Below are positions 1 to 7,858 of a stretch of 64,000 nucleotides of DNA, in pieces. The DNA lies in NCBI GenBank assembly GCA_022823725.1, contig JAJEHL010000011.1, positions 73,107 through 137,106 on the forward strand, written 5' to 3'. Each line of letters begins with the position of its first letter. Positions within the stretch are counted from its first letter, which is position 1. The stretch is from Candidatus Latescibacterota bacterium (GTDB lineage: Bacteria; Latescibacterota; UBA2968). The notes beneath the pieces were generated by a model, which did not search any database, had not been told where the DNA came from, and was given only the letters and a program-made list of their open reading frames with translations. The translations under genes were made by a program, and so were the position numbers.

Positions 1-406
1 CCATGTAATCCTGGGCGTCAAAGTGAGACCGCGTCTTATTCGGCGAGCCTACGCCGTGTACAATCGCCAAACGACCTTCCTTGTACAGCGGTGCCAGATC
101 CGCAAAAGAGGGATGCAATGCAAAGCGACCATCCAGATCCGTCAGTTCGTTTTTCGGATCGGTCAGGTGCATAAACAAATTGGGGCGCGCCTCGGCGAGT
201 GCCGGATCGTTAAATGGCGTCACCGCCATCAACCCATCCATAGCCCCGCGCTGGAAAATCGTCACCAGCACTTTTCGACGGCTGTGTGCCAGCGGATTAT
301 TCGCAGCATCAGCCGCGCGGCTCAAGAACAGCGGCGTGCCCCCAAACGAGGCAGAAAACAATGCCAAACCGCTGCCCTTCATAAATGCTCTTCGAGTCCA
401 TTCCAT
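1..406 (-). CDS. DUF1501 domain protein, N-terminal part (gene runs off the left edge)
   Basis: Minus-strand translation from the ATG at 404-406 gives MEWTRRAFMKGSGLALFSASFGG...HGVGSP, with a twin-arginine signal (RRAFMKG). An aaggaga RBS lies 8 nt upstream. It sits directly downstream of the DUF1800 gene, which is the usual DUF1800/DUF1501 pairing. It is missing from the ORF track because it has no stop codon inside the window. Confidence 0.6.
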   Translation of the reverse strand, partial: MEWTRRAFMKGSGLALFSASFGGTPLFLSRAADAANNPLAHSRRKVLVTIFQRGAMDGLMAVTPFNDPALAEARPNLFMHLTDPKNELTDLDGRFALHPSFADLAPLYKEGRLAIVHGVGSPNKTRSHFDAQDYM

Positions 407-426
407 AACGCTATCTCCTTTTCGAT

Positions 427-2223
427 TTATCGGTATTGAAATTCCGGGGACCCCAGCAACATACTGATCACCTGAACCTCTTTGCGTTCGGCATCTGCGG
501 GAACCGTCTCTTTAACCTCTGACGCAATAGCACTCGTATCCTGTGCAGGCAACAGCAACTTGCTATACATCGCCAATGCCTCTTCCGTTGTCAGACCACT
601 ATTTTCGGGCAATTGCTTCAGTGTCACCCCGTTAATACGGCCAGCGGCCAGATGGATACCAAAATTCATTCGCGCAATTAGCGTACCCGAATTTGCCCAC
701 GACTCGGCATAATCCGGAAAACCCGTAGGCGGCAAATAACCATAAAGCGGCTCGCCCATGCGATCAAACCAGCGCATCATCGGCTGTGGATTCTTCACAT
801 CGGCTTCCAATGCGCGAAGAGAACTCACCGCCAACTCAAACGGAGACTTCATCTTGCTCCGCTTCTTCGCCTCTGCCCAAAACATGCGGGACTGCGCCAG
901 CGTAGCCATCACAGCAGCGATATCTCCATCGGTTTTGATAAAGGTTTCCGCCATCGCATCAATCAAATCATCTGACGGTGCATCGTTGACAAACCGACGC
1001 GCCAGCTTCGTAGAAATAAAACGCGCAGTTGAAGGGTGCTTAGACAGCATATCCAGAACGCGCTCACCCTCTTCCAGGCCACCACCTGCCGGGAACTTCT
1101 CACCCAGCACCACCTTGGCCTTGTCGTCGTGCCAGGATTTGCGGAACACAAAATCGCCCTGAAGAATGTTGTTATTATTCCCATTTGCCATTTGTTTTTT
1201 GATATTTTTTCGCCCATTGCCATAAGGCGCCGCAGCCCACCCCGTCAACACACGCGCGACCTCGGTCACATCCTTCTGCGTGTATCCACCATCCACACCC
1301 AGAGTATGCAACTCCATCAACTCGCGCGCATAATTCTCATTCAAACCATACTTGCGTCTTGGAGGCGTCTTCGGCTTGGCAACAGGTTTCGGAGTAGCCT
1401 TTGCCATCTCGCCCCCCATCATCTCACCCCCCATACCACCGTCCATACCGCCATCCATACCCATCTCGCCCGATGCCATTTCTTGTTTGGGCTGTGGCTT
1501 TGCTTGCTCCTGCTCCGATGGCGGTGCCATGCGCGACTGAGCATTATCCAGATAATACAACATCGCGGGATGCTTCGCCGTCGCACCCAAAATCACGCGG
1601 AACTCGCCCAACACATTGGGACGAATCGCATCGCGCTCATAAGAAAGTGTGCGACTGCGCGCCCCACCATCGCGCGTAGTCACATTGAAGTGGTTAAACC
1701 AGAAATCCGTCATCACCTCGGCGAGCTGATTCTCGCTATACACCGCCCGCATCACTTTCTGACCCTTCAGTTCCTGATTGGACAGCGCGCCATAAGGACG
1801 CAACCCGTGCTCCTTGCGATACGCACTTATCTTCTGATTCATCTCTTTGCGAGGCGTCTTCGCGGGATCAATCAACCCCGCTTTCGCCACCATTCTGCGA
1901 ATCCGCCCATTATTCACATAAACTGCGGCCATCTCTTCCTGGGTCATCTTCAACGCGGGAAACGCTTCCAATCGCTTTTCCAACTCAGCATCCGGCAAAT
2001 TGCCCTTCAACTGCTGAGCCAGCCACTTCTCGGGACCCATCTTTGCGACCTTTTCCACTTCACCTGGGCGCGCACCAAAGGCAAAACGCTCTAAGAGATA
2101 CGCTGCAGCCTGCTCCTTGCTCAGCCCTTCTTTCTTGTAGGGCAATTTCAACCCGGCCTCCGCCGGAGCTACCGCAAGCAGCGCACCGCAACACAAAACA
2201 GCGAGTGCAAAACGCAATATCAT
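427..2223 (-). CDS. DUF1800 family protein (secreted), with a Met/Gly-rich insert
   Basis: The ORF-track entry 427..2313 was trimmed to the ATG at 2221-2223 (MILRFALAVLCCGALLAVAPAEA signal peptide), which has a GGAGG RBS 7 nt upstream. An LLERFAFGARPGE motif near the N-terminus is typical of DUF1800. A low-complexity GEMGMDGGMDGGMGGEMMGGEM insert is present. Confidence 0.65.
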   Translation of the reverse strand: MILRFALAVLCCGALLAVAPAEAGLKLPYKKEGLSKEQAAAYLLERFAFGARPGEVEKVAKMGPEKWLAQQLKGNLPDAELEKRLEAFPALKMTQEEMAAVYVNNGRIRRMVAKAGLIDPAKTPRKEMNQKISAYRKEHGLRPYGALSNQELKGQKVMRAVYSENQLAEVMTDFWFNHFNVTTRDGGARSRTLSYERDAIRPNVLGEFRVILGATAKHPAMLYYLDNAQSRMAPPSEQEQAKPQPKQEMASGEMGMDGGMDGGMGGEMMGGEMAKATPKPVAKPKTPPRRKYGLNENYARELMELHTLGVDGGYTQKDVTEVARVLTGWAAAPYGNGRKNIKKQMANGNNNNILQGDFVFRKSWHDDKAKVVLGEKFPAGGGLEEGERVLDMLSKHPSTARFISTKLARRFVNDAPSDDLIDAMAETFIKTDGDIAAVMATLAQSRMFWAEAKKRSKMKSPFELAVSSLRALEADVKNPQPMMRWFDRMGEPLYGYLPPTGFPDYAESWANSGTLIARMNFGIHLAAGRINGVTLKQLPENSGLTTEEALAMYSKLLLPAQDTSAIASEVKETVPADAERKEVQVISMLLGSPEFQYR

Positions 2224-2356
2224 TGCAAACCTCCTTGAAAATTCCCCAACGGGAATGGTATCTGTGAATATCTCTAAATAAAATATATCACAATGCCTAA
2301 TGGTGCAATGCAATTATACAATTTTATACAACAATCATACAATTTTATACAATTCT

Positions 2357-2587
2357 ACGCGATGTGTGACTTCAAAATCGCCACAGAATAATGCCAACAA
2401 ACAGATATAAGAAAAGCCTGCCCCCCGTATGAAAGCACTACGGGGCTGGCTCTGCATGATTTTGAGCAGGGGTCAAAACCACTGGATTGCGGCTAACACC
2501 CTGCCGCAATGACGGCTCTAAAATCCTTGTTTTGCTGAACACTGATTGCTTGTTTTTTTCACCATTATCCTAAAGTCACACATGACG
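2357..2587. mobile_element. MITE copy 1 (non-autonomous element with terminal inverted repeats and a 9-bp target-site duplication)
   Basis: Termini are ACGCGATGTGTGACTT...AAGTCACACATGACG. It is flanked by a perfect 9-bp direct repeat TACAATTCT at 2348-2356 and 2588-2596. The interior carries a GCCCCCCGTA...TACGGGGC hairpin, a CCTGC...GCAGG hairpin and a REP-like hairpin CTGGATTGCGGCTAACACCCTGCCGCAATGACGG. Three further copies are in this window. Confidence 0.65.
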
Positions 2588-2601
2588 TACAATTCTGTCT
2601 T

Positions 2602-3924
2602 TTAGAACAAATCTGCCGGAACGGGCCTGACAACAATCGAGTCTTCCCCAAATCCTTCCAGTTGCTGGGGATTCAGCGGAGCTTGCCTGTACTGCAGGAT
2701 ATAAGACGAGCCGCCCTGTGTCAGATTCACGGTCAAAATATCGCCCTCTTTGCTGAAATCCACATCGGAAGCGGTCACCTCAGTCAGATTCACGCCATCC
2801 GATGCACCGCCTCCCAATGTGCCATTGATCACGGGTACGCCACTTTGAATCACATATCCCGTACGCCTGTTGAAGAACCGGGCTTCATCGGCGTGCGTGG
2901 AAAACTCGAGCGGCCTGGCAAACGTGATCTCCACAAAACCCTGTTCGATGACTGCACCATTCTCGATTAGAGGATCCTCCACATCGGCGGCTGGCACATG
3001 GCCAGATGGCGCGCGGTGGCGAGGACTGCGTCTCTCCAGAACGGGAAACCACTGGATATCCAGTGAAGCAGGAATACTCGGGAATAGGTCTTCGGGATCC
3101 ATCCACGTGCCATTGAGATGAGCATCTCGCAATGGCCATATTCCAGAATACGGCGGATCATGAGTATCCAATTCTGCAAGGATCTCTGCCGGAGGGGTAT
3201 AAGCGGCATAGCGTACGCCCTCACCGTCCTGCACCCACATAATCATCTGATGAGCGCGAGGATCTTGCCAGGGCCACGGACTATTAAAATAAATGGCCGA
3301 ACGGTTGTTGCGATTTTCAAACGAGCGGTTGTCTGGCCTGTCCGGGTTTGGAATACTAATGCGAACGCGCCCATTACCCAGCACTGTCACATTGCTGTAT
3401 TCCTCGGCTCCGGGTATCACGCGAATCAGGGTATTGGGCTGGTTCAATGCATTACCCGGACGCACCGGAAACGGACTCGTATAATTGGCCAAATTATTGC
3501 CCAATTCACCGACCAGCGGCAACCTGGGACCGGCCTGCCAGAGATAAAACGCACCATAAGCCAGCCTGATACGCTCCACATTATTTTGTGCATATTCAAT
3601 GCGAAGCTGATCGCGCGAGGCATTTACTGAACGCCAGTAATGCCGCACGGTCTTTTCATACGTCACCGACTCCATTGGCGGTGCTGCAAGCGGTGGATTG
3701 TACACAAATACCACCGTGCCATAATCCGATGCCGCCGCCGTAAAAATGATATGCCGGGGCGTGCCCTGAGGCGGATCGGCGACATTGATGGCACTGCCTC
3801 CATTCGTCCCGGAAATCAGCCGATAGCTGCCGCGCCACTCCTCGGCAGGCTGAACCGGGATATCTCGGGTACATCCTGTCGCGCCCAACACACCAATCAG
3901 ACAAAATAATAGAAACTTACGCAT
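2602..3924 (-). CDS. hypothetical lipoprotein
   Basis: ORF-track entry 2602..3945, with the start moved to the ATG at 3922-3924 (MRKFLLFCLIGVLGATGC, lipobox LGATGC). Unknown function, many N-x-S/T motifs. Lies downstream of, and co-oriented with, the T9SS cargo and the beta-barrel gene. Confidence 0.55.
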   Translation of the reverse strand: MRKFLLFCLIGVLGATGCTRDIPVQPAEEWRGSYRLISGTNGGSAINVADPPQGTPRHIIFTAAASDYGTVVFVYNPPLAAPPMESVTYEKTVRHYWRSVNASRDQLRIEYAQNNVERIRLAYGAFYLWQAGPRLPLVGELGNNLANYTSPFPVRPGNALNQPNTLIRVIPGAEEYSNVTVLGNGRVRISIPNPDRPDNRSFENRNNRSAIYFNSPWPWQDPRAHQMIMWVQDGEGVRYAAYTPPAEILAELDTHDPPYSGIWPLRDAHLNGTWMDPEDLFPSIPASLDIQWFPVLERRSPRHRAPSGHVPAADVEDPLIENGAVIEQGFVEITFARPLEFSTHADEARFFNRRTGYVIQSGVPVINGTLGGGASDGVNLTEVTASDVDFSKEGDILTVNLTQGGSSYILQYRQAPLNPQQLEGFGEDSIVVRPVPADLF

Positions 3925-4005
3925 CTTTTGATTCCTCCTGTTCAATAGGTGCGGGTTGAACTGCTACGCAGTTGTACACCGCTCGAAACCCGCACCTACA
4001 AACAT

Positions 4006-5013
4006 CTAGAACGTTCCCGAAAGCGTCAAACGCAGCGGTCGCTCTTTAATCACACCGCCGATATCGCTGTACGAAACATCCACACTTATCTTGCGCTCTT
4101 CGCTCACATTGAGATTCAAACCCGCCCCCACGCTCCAACTCTCCACATCATAGCGGAACTTATAACCGGCGCGAAGTGCCAGCAAATTTTGTATCCACAA
4201 CTCGCCGCCAATGTGATCGCGCTCTCCATAATCGCGGAAAAACACATGCTCATAAGCACCCGTCAGATAAAGCGGATCGCCCTGCTTGCCGATCAATTCC
4301 ATCGCAACGGCCAGATTGTAGAAAAACGGTAGGCGATAATCCTCGGTCAGCACTTCCTTATTGCCGCCCAGATTGCTGATGGTCATGCCCACGCGCAGGC
4401 TTTTGAAACCCGTGTAAAAAATCGTGCCAATATCAAATGACGTGGAACTCACATTGATGATATGAAGTTGGGACCGCACATAGCGCAGGCGAAAACCAAT
4501 CGAAAACTTATCGGTCAGTTGCTTGGCAAAAGACGCCGCAACCGAAAAATCTCCGAGTTTGATGTTTCGCCCCGTGCCATCGGGTTGCAAGGGCGTGGTC
4601 TCTTCCACATCGGGATAGGTAAATGTGCGAAAAGCGACACCCACAACGCCTATGGGAATGCGATAGGCAAAACCCCCAGCCCCCATCTTAGTGCCCACCA
4701 GCCACTCGTTATAAGACGCCAGATATGCCATATTGTCGATATGCACCAATCCGGCGGCATTCTGGAATATTGCGTGGATATCGCGCGACGTGCCCACATT
4801 GGCATCGGCCATGCCCGCCAGGCGCGCAGATGCAGAAATTTTCAAAAGCGCGAAACCACTGCGTGCAATGCGATTGCCCTTATCGCCTTCCGAGCGAAAA
4901 TGCCCTTCCGCAGCTATGGGTTCCAGATCCTCGAAACCTGCCACATCCTGAGCCATGGCACTTTGAGGGCTGAGAAAAAGCGCGACAGCTGCTATCCAGA
5001 TCATACGTTTCAT
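4006..5013 (-). CDS. outer-membrane beta-barrel protein (PorV/PorQ/PorP-like, T9SS-associated?)
   Basis: The ATG at 5011-5013 is preceded by a GAGGAG RBS; the track start at 5037 is a TTG. Signal peptide MKRMIWIAAVALFLSPQSAMAQD, alternating-hydrophobic strands and a C-terminal ...LTLSGTF ending in Phe, as in OMP barrels. Lies immediately downstream of a T9SS CTD cargo gene. Confidence 0.5.
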   Translation of the reverse strand: MKRMIWIAAVALFLSPQSAMAQDVAGFEDLEPIAAEGHFRSEGDKGNRIARSGFALLKISASARLAGMADANVGTSRDIHAIFQNAAGLVHIDNMAYLASYNEWLVGTKMGAGGFAYRIPIGVVGVAFRTFTYPDVEETTPLQPDGTGRNIKLGDFSVAASFAKQLTDKFSIGFRLRYVRSQLHIINVSSTSFDIGTIFYTGFKSLRVGMTISNLGGNKEVLTEDYRLPFFYNLAVAMELIGKQGDPLYLTGAYEHVFFRDYGERDHIGGELWIQNLLALRAGYKFRYDVESWSVGAGLNLNVSEERKISVDVSYSDIGGVIKERPLRLTLSGTF

Positions 5014-5040
5014 AATTTGCTCCTCAATAATGACCAATGA

Positions 5041-7785
5041 TCAATTGACAATCACAAACAGACCCTTCTGGATCTGACCCTCACTCTCGGGATGGTGCGA
5101 CTCAATCGCCCAGATATAAGTACCGGCATTGAGACGACCACGCGTATTGGCATTCAAACCCACCGTGTGCGTATCCCATTCAATTTCACCGCGCGCCACC
5201 GGGTTGCCCCGCTGCGGATCCAGTGTATCAAAAGTTTGGCGCCACGCCAGATCGCCCGTCAGCGTATAGATATACAGCGTACACCGGCTCGGCACATTAA
5301 CCCAGCGGATGCGAGGCGCGCCATAGCTGTGCTCATCCCTGCCCTGTACCCAGGGATTGGGCACCACCTTGATCGGCAGTGACATGGCTTCGTTTTCATG
5401 GTTGAGCAAGGCAGAGGTCAACCGCGGCACAATGCCATCGGCGGGCCACAAATACTGATTGCGCTCATCTGAATGCCCGGTTTCCAGACCCTGCTCATCA
5501 AAAGCGCGTATCGAATAATGGTGAATAAACCCGATATCGGGTTCTGGGTCGATAAACTGATAAGTACCCCAGCGGAAAGGACCATCGATCTCAGCTTCGG
5601 CAGGGTCCTCCTGGCCTTCTGCCCAGGGCTGATTGAGAAAAGCAGCACCTGCGGGCGCGCCTGCGGGCAACTGCCGTTCGCCTTCCGGTCCCTCAGCTTT
5701 GGGGATCGTCGCCAGCAATTTCCACGGTCCAGCCCGCATAAACTCAGAGCGATAAATCCGATAACCTATCACATCGGGACGCCCCAGGTCCGGATCAATC
5801 GCCGTATCGGCAATGCCAGACCAGTTCAATTCGATATTGCCTTCCAGATTCGTCATCCCATTGACCTTCACATCCGGCGGCTGGTTAAGCCCATCAAAGC
5901 CCAGATCATATAGCTTTTGCGCTTCATTGCCGTGCGCATAAATCGCTTCAAGACCCAGTTCCAATTCATCGGTCAAGCTCTGCTGCTGCCAGTTCCACTC
6001 GTAAGGACGCGCATAATTCTCGGTATCCATGCGATACTTTGCAGAATTGGACGCCATCCCCCCTACATAAGCGATCACCACTTTGGCTTTGTCGCCAGGA
6101 CCTAGGATATAGGGACCATAAATCTGTGCATCGATCCACGCACCCAATTCCTCATTGTCGTGGTGTTGTATCATCCGGTCTGTATCATTTTCCCCGAGCA
6201 CGCCAGCAGCATCGCTGTAGATGTCAAACAATTGATTCTCGCCGTGCGTACCGCCATGCGGATCATCGCCCAATGCCGAAGAATACATCCGCCACCTGAA
6301 CACGGCGTGAGGCTGTGGACCTTGTGGCTGCACATAGCCGCCTCTGCGATCCAGGGCATTGAACGGATGATCGGCTGTTCCCGTGGCAACCGGCATCATC
6401 CCGATATACTGAGGAGAAAGCAAGGTACCATCTATAATATTAGATGTTGACACGTACTGATGCTGTGCGCGAGACCGGGTATAAGGCTCTCCGTAGTCAT
6501 TCCACAATCGGGCAACGGCATCGCCATCATAGATATAAGTCAGATGCATGGGCGCGCCCTTGTAGTTGTAGGCATATTCCGGATGATCGTAATTATCCGC
6601 CTGTGTATAACGCCAATAATCGTCTTGCGTGGAAGGCTGCACAAAATTCCAGGCATTCGAGTTCGATCCCCCAGCAGGCACCCAGTCGGCACCGGTCTTG
6701 CTGGCGATAAATCCGTTCTTAACCACGATATAAACTTCGTCGAGTTGTTTGGGATATCCGGGATCAGCACTGCCATCGCCATCTATATCGCCATTATTCC
6801 AGAATTCCATCTCCGTGATCAAGAAGTCGTCGTAATCACCTCTGGTCATAATCGACGACTGCTTGCCATTGGGAGACGGCACCGGAATCATCACGTCATT
6901 ATCCGTACCCGGCGTGGAATACGCATGCACCAGACGCTTCACCGTAATGCCCGAAGCCTGCGACCAACCCGTCACCAGCAAATTCTCACCGAACAACTCG
7001 GGCGACAAACGCGGATGATTGGTCGCGACGCCATTGGAACGCATCTGATTCAACCCGGCGCGCACCCTGTTATAGGACGATTCCAGCATCTGCTTGAATC
7101 CCTCATTGTTCAGAGGATAAAACCCAAAACCCCAGTTGTAATAATCCATTGGCTCCACTTTGTCAGGACCAGGCGGAAAACCGCGTTGTCCCAAACCGCC
7201 ATAGGTGCCGACAGCATACTGGTATTCCACAGGCTCGCCATTCACAAAATTGTGCGTGATCTTCATATTTCTCATACGGGGCCAGTAGAGCGCGGCATTC
7301 TGTCCGTAATTGAACAGATTAAACGGACGGCCACCAGCACGCCACACAGACCGCCAGATCGGCGCAATGCTCTCGACATTGTTGCGCGGATTGTGCTGGA
7401 CTGGGAAAATGTCTGCGGATGGCTGGCGGGGACCTCCCTGAGATACAAATTTGCGCCCATCGTCTGTGCGCGCCATCACCCACACGCCATTGCCCCGCGA
7501 ATTATCCTGCCGATTAAACCGGTTCACAATACCCGACCGATAAGTCGAAGTCCACCGCCCGGGATAAGCCATGCCCACTTCGGGACCAAAGATGTTGCCG
7601 CCATCCAGCGAATGCCCCAGGGTGCCATTATTGCGCATCGACAACCAGAGCTTCGCGCGATTGGTCGTACGCCGACGCGTGCGCTGCTGCGCTTCGGCAT
7701 CGATCACTGTCCACAATTCCGATGCCCCCCACAGCACCACAAAGGCGAGCAACACCCGCGTAAATTTTTTAAATATCCGTTGCAT
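5041..7785 (-). CDS. secreted 914-aa protein with a type-A T9SS C-terminal sorting domain
   Basis: N-terminal signal peptide. The last ~90 aa (VVPNPW...CTLYIYTLTGDLAWRQ...EWDTHT...GRLNAGTYIWAIE...KGLFVIVN) fit the Por_Secre_tail / FlgD-Ig-like CTD pattern (PNPF, IYdl.G, WDG, sGvYf, KlvvlK). An internal FN3-like segment (GYRIYRS) is present. Function of the passenger domain is unknown. Confidence 0.7.
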   Translation of the reverse strand: MQRIFKKFTRVLLAFVVLWGASELWTVIDAEAQQRTRRRTTNRAKLWLSMRNNGTLGHSLDGGNIFGPEVGMAYPGRWTSTYRSGIVNRFNRQDNSRGNGVWVMARTDDGRKFVSQGGPRQPSADIFPVQHNPRNNVESIAPIWRSVWRAGGRPFNLFNYGQNAALYWPRMRNMKITHNFVNGEPVEYQYAVGTYGGLGQRGFPPGPDKVEPMDYYNWGFGFYPLNNEGFKQMLESSYNRVRAGLNQMRSNGVATNHPRLSPELFGENLLVTGWSQASGITVKRLVHAYSTPGTDNDVMIPVPSPNGKQSSIMTRGDYDDFLITEMEFWNNGDIDGDGSADPGYPKQLDEVYIVVKNGFIASKTGADWVPAGGSNSNAWNFVQPSTQDDYWRYTQADNYDHPEYAYNYKGAPMHLTYIYDGDAVARLWNDYGEPYTRSRAQHQYVSTSNIIDGTLLSPQYIGMMPVATGTADHPFNALDRRGGYVQPQGPQPHAVFRWRMYSSALGDDPHGGTHGENQLFDIYSDAAGVLGENDTDRMIQHHDNEELGAWIDAQIYGPYILGPGDKAKVVIAYVGGMASNSAKYRMDTENYARPYEWNWQQQSLTDELELGLEAIYAHGNEAQKLYDLGFDGLNQPPDVKVNGMTNLEGNIELNWSGIADTAIDPDLGRPDVIGYRIYRSEFMRAGPWKLLATIPKAEGPEGERQLPAGAPAGAAFLNQPWAEGQEDPAEAEIDGPFRWGTYQFIDPEPDIGFIHHYSIRAFDEQGLETGHSDERNQYLWPADGIVPRLTSALLNHENEAMSLPIKVVPNPWVQGRDEHSYGAPRIRWVNVPSRCTLYIYTLTGDLAWRQTFDTLDPQRGNPVARGEIEWDTHTVGLNANTRGRLNAGTYIWAIESHHPESEGQIQKGLFVIVN

Positions 7786-7858
7786 AAGCTAAACTCCTTA
7801 TTAAATAGCGGTCAGCAATCGGCTTTTTCGCTGACTGCTGACCGCTAAAAGTTAAGCT

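Noticed and set aside
1036-2094. Long plus-strand ORFs antisense to confirmed genes (1036..2094, 6460..7848, 8039..9652, 21398..22567, 35266..36270, 46385..48220)
   Set aside because: Each lies opposite a gene with clear homology (DUF1800, T9SS cargo, TonB-dependent receptor, ilvB, pheS, coxL). They are R/H/L-rich low-complexity translations with no RBS, so they are shadow ORFs.
5014-5037. N-terminal extensions given by the ORF track (e.g. 4006..5037, 34747..36318, 50992..51801, 21443..23239, 427..2313)
   Set aside because: The track starts at the first TTG/GTG/ATG after a stop. In each case an internal ATG/GTG with an AAGGAG-type RBS and a sensible signal peptide or N-terminus was found, so the starts were moved.
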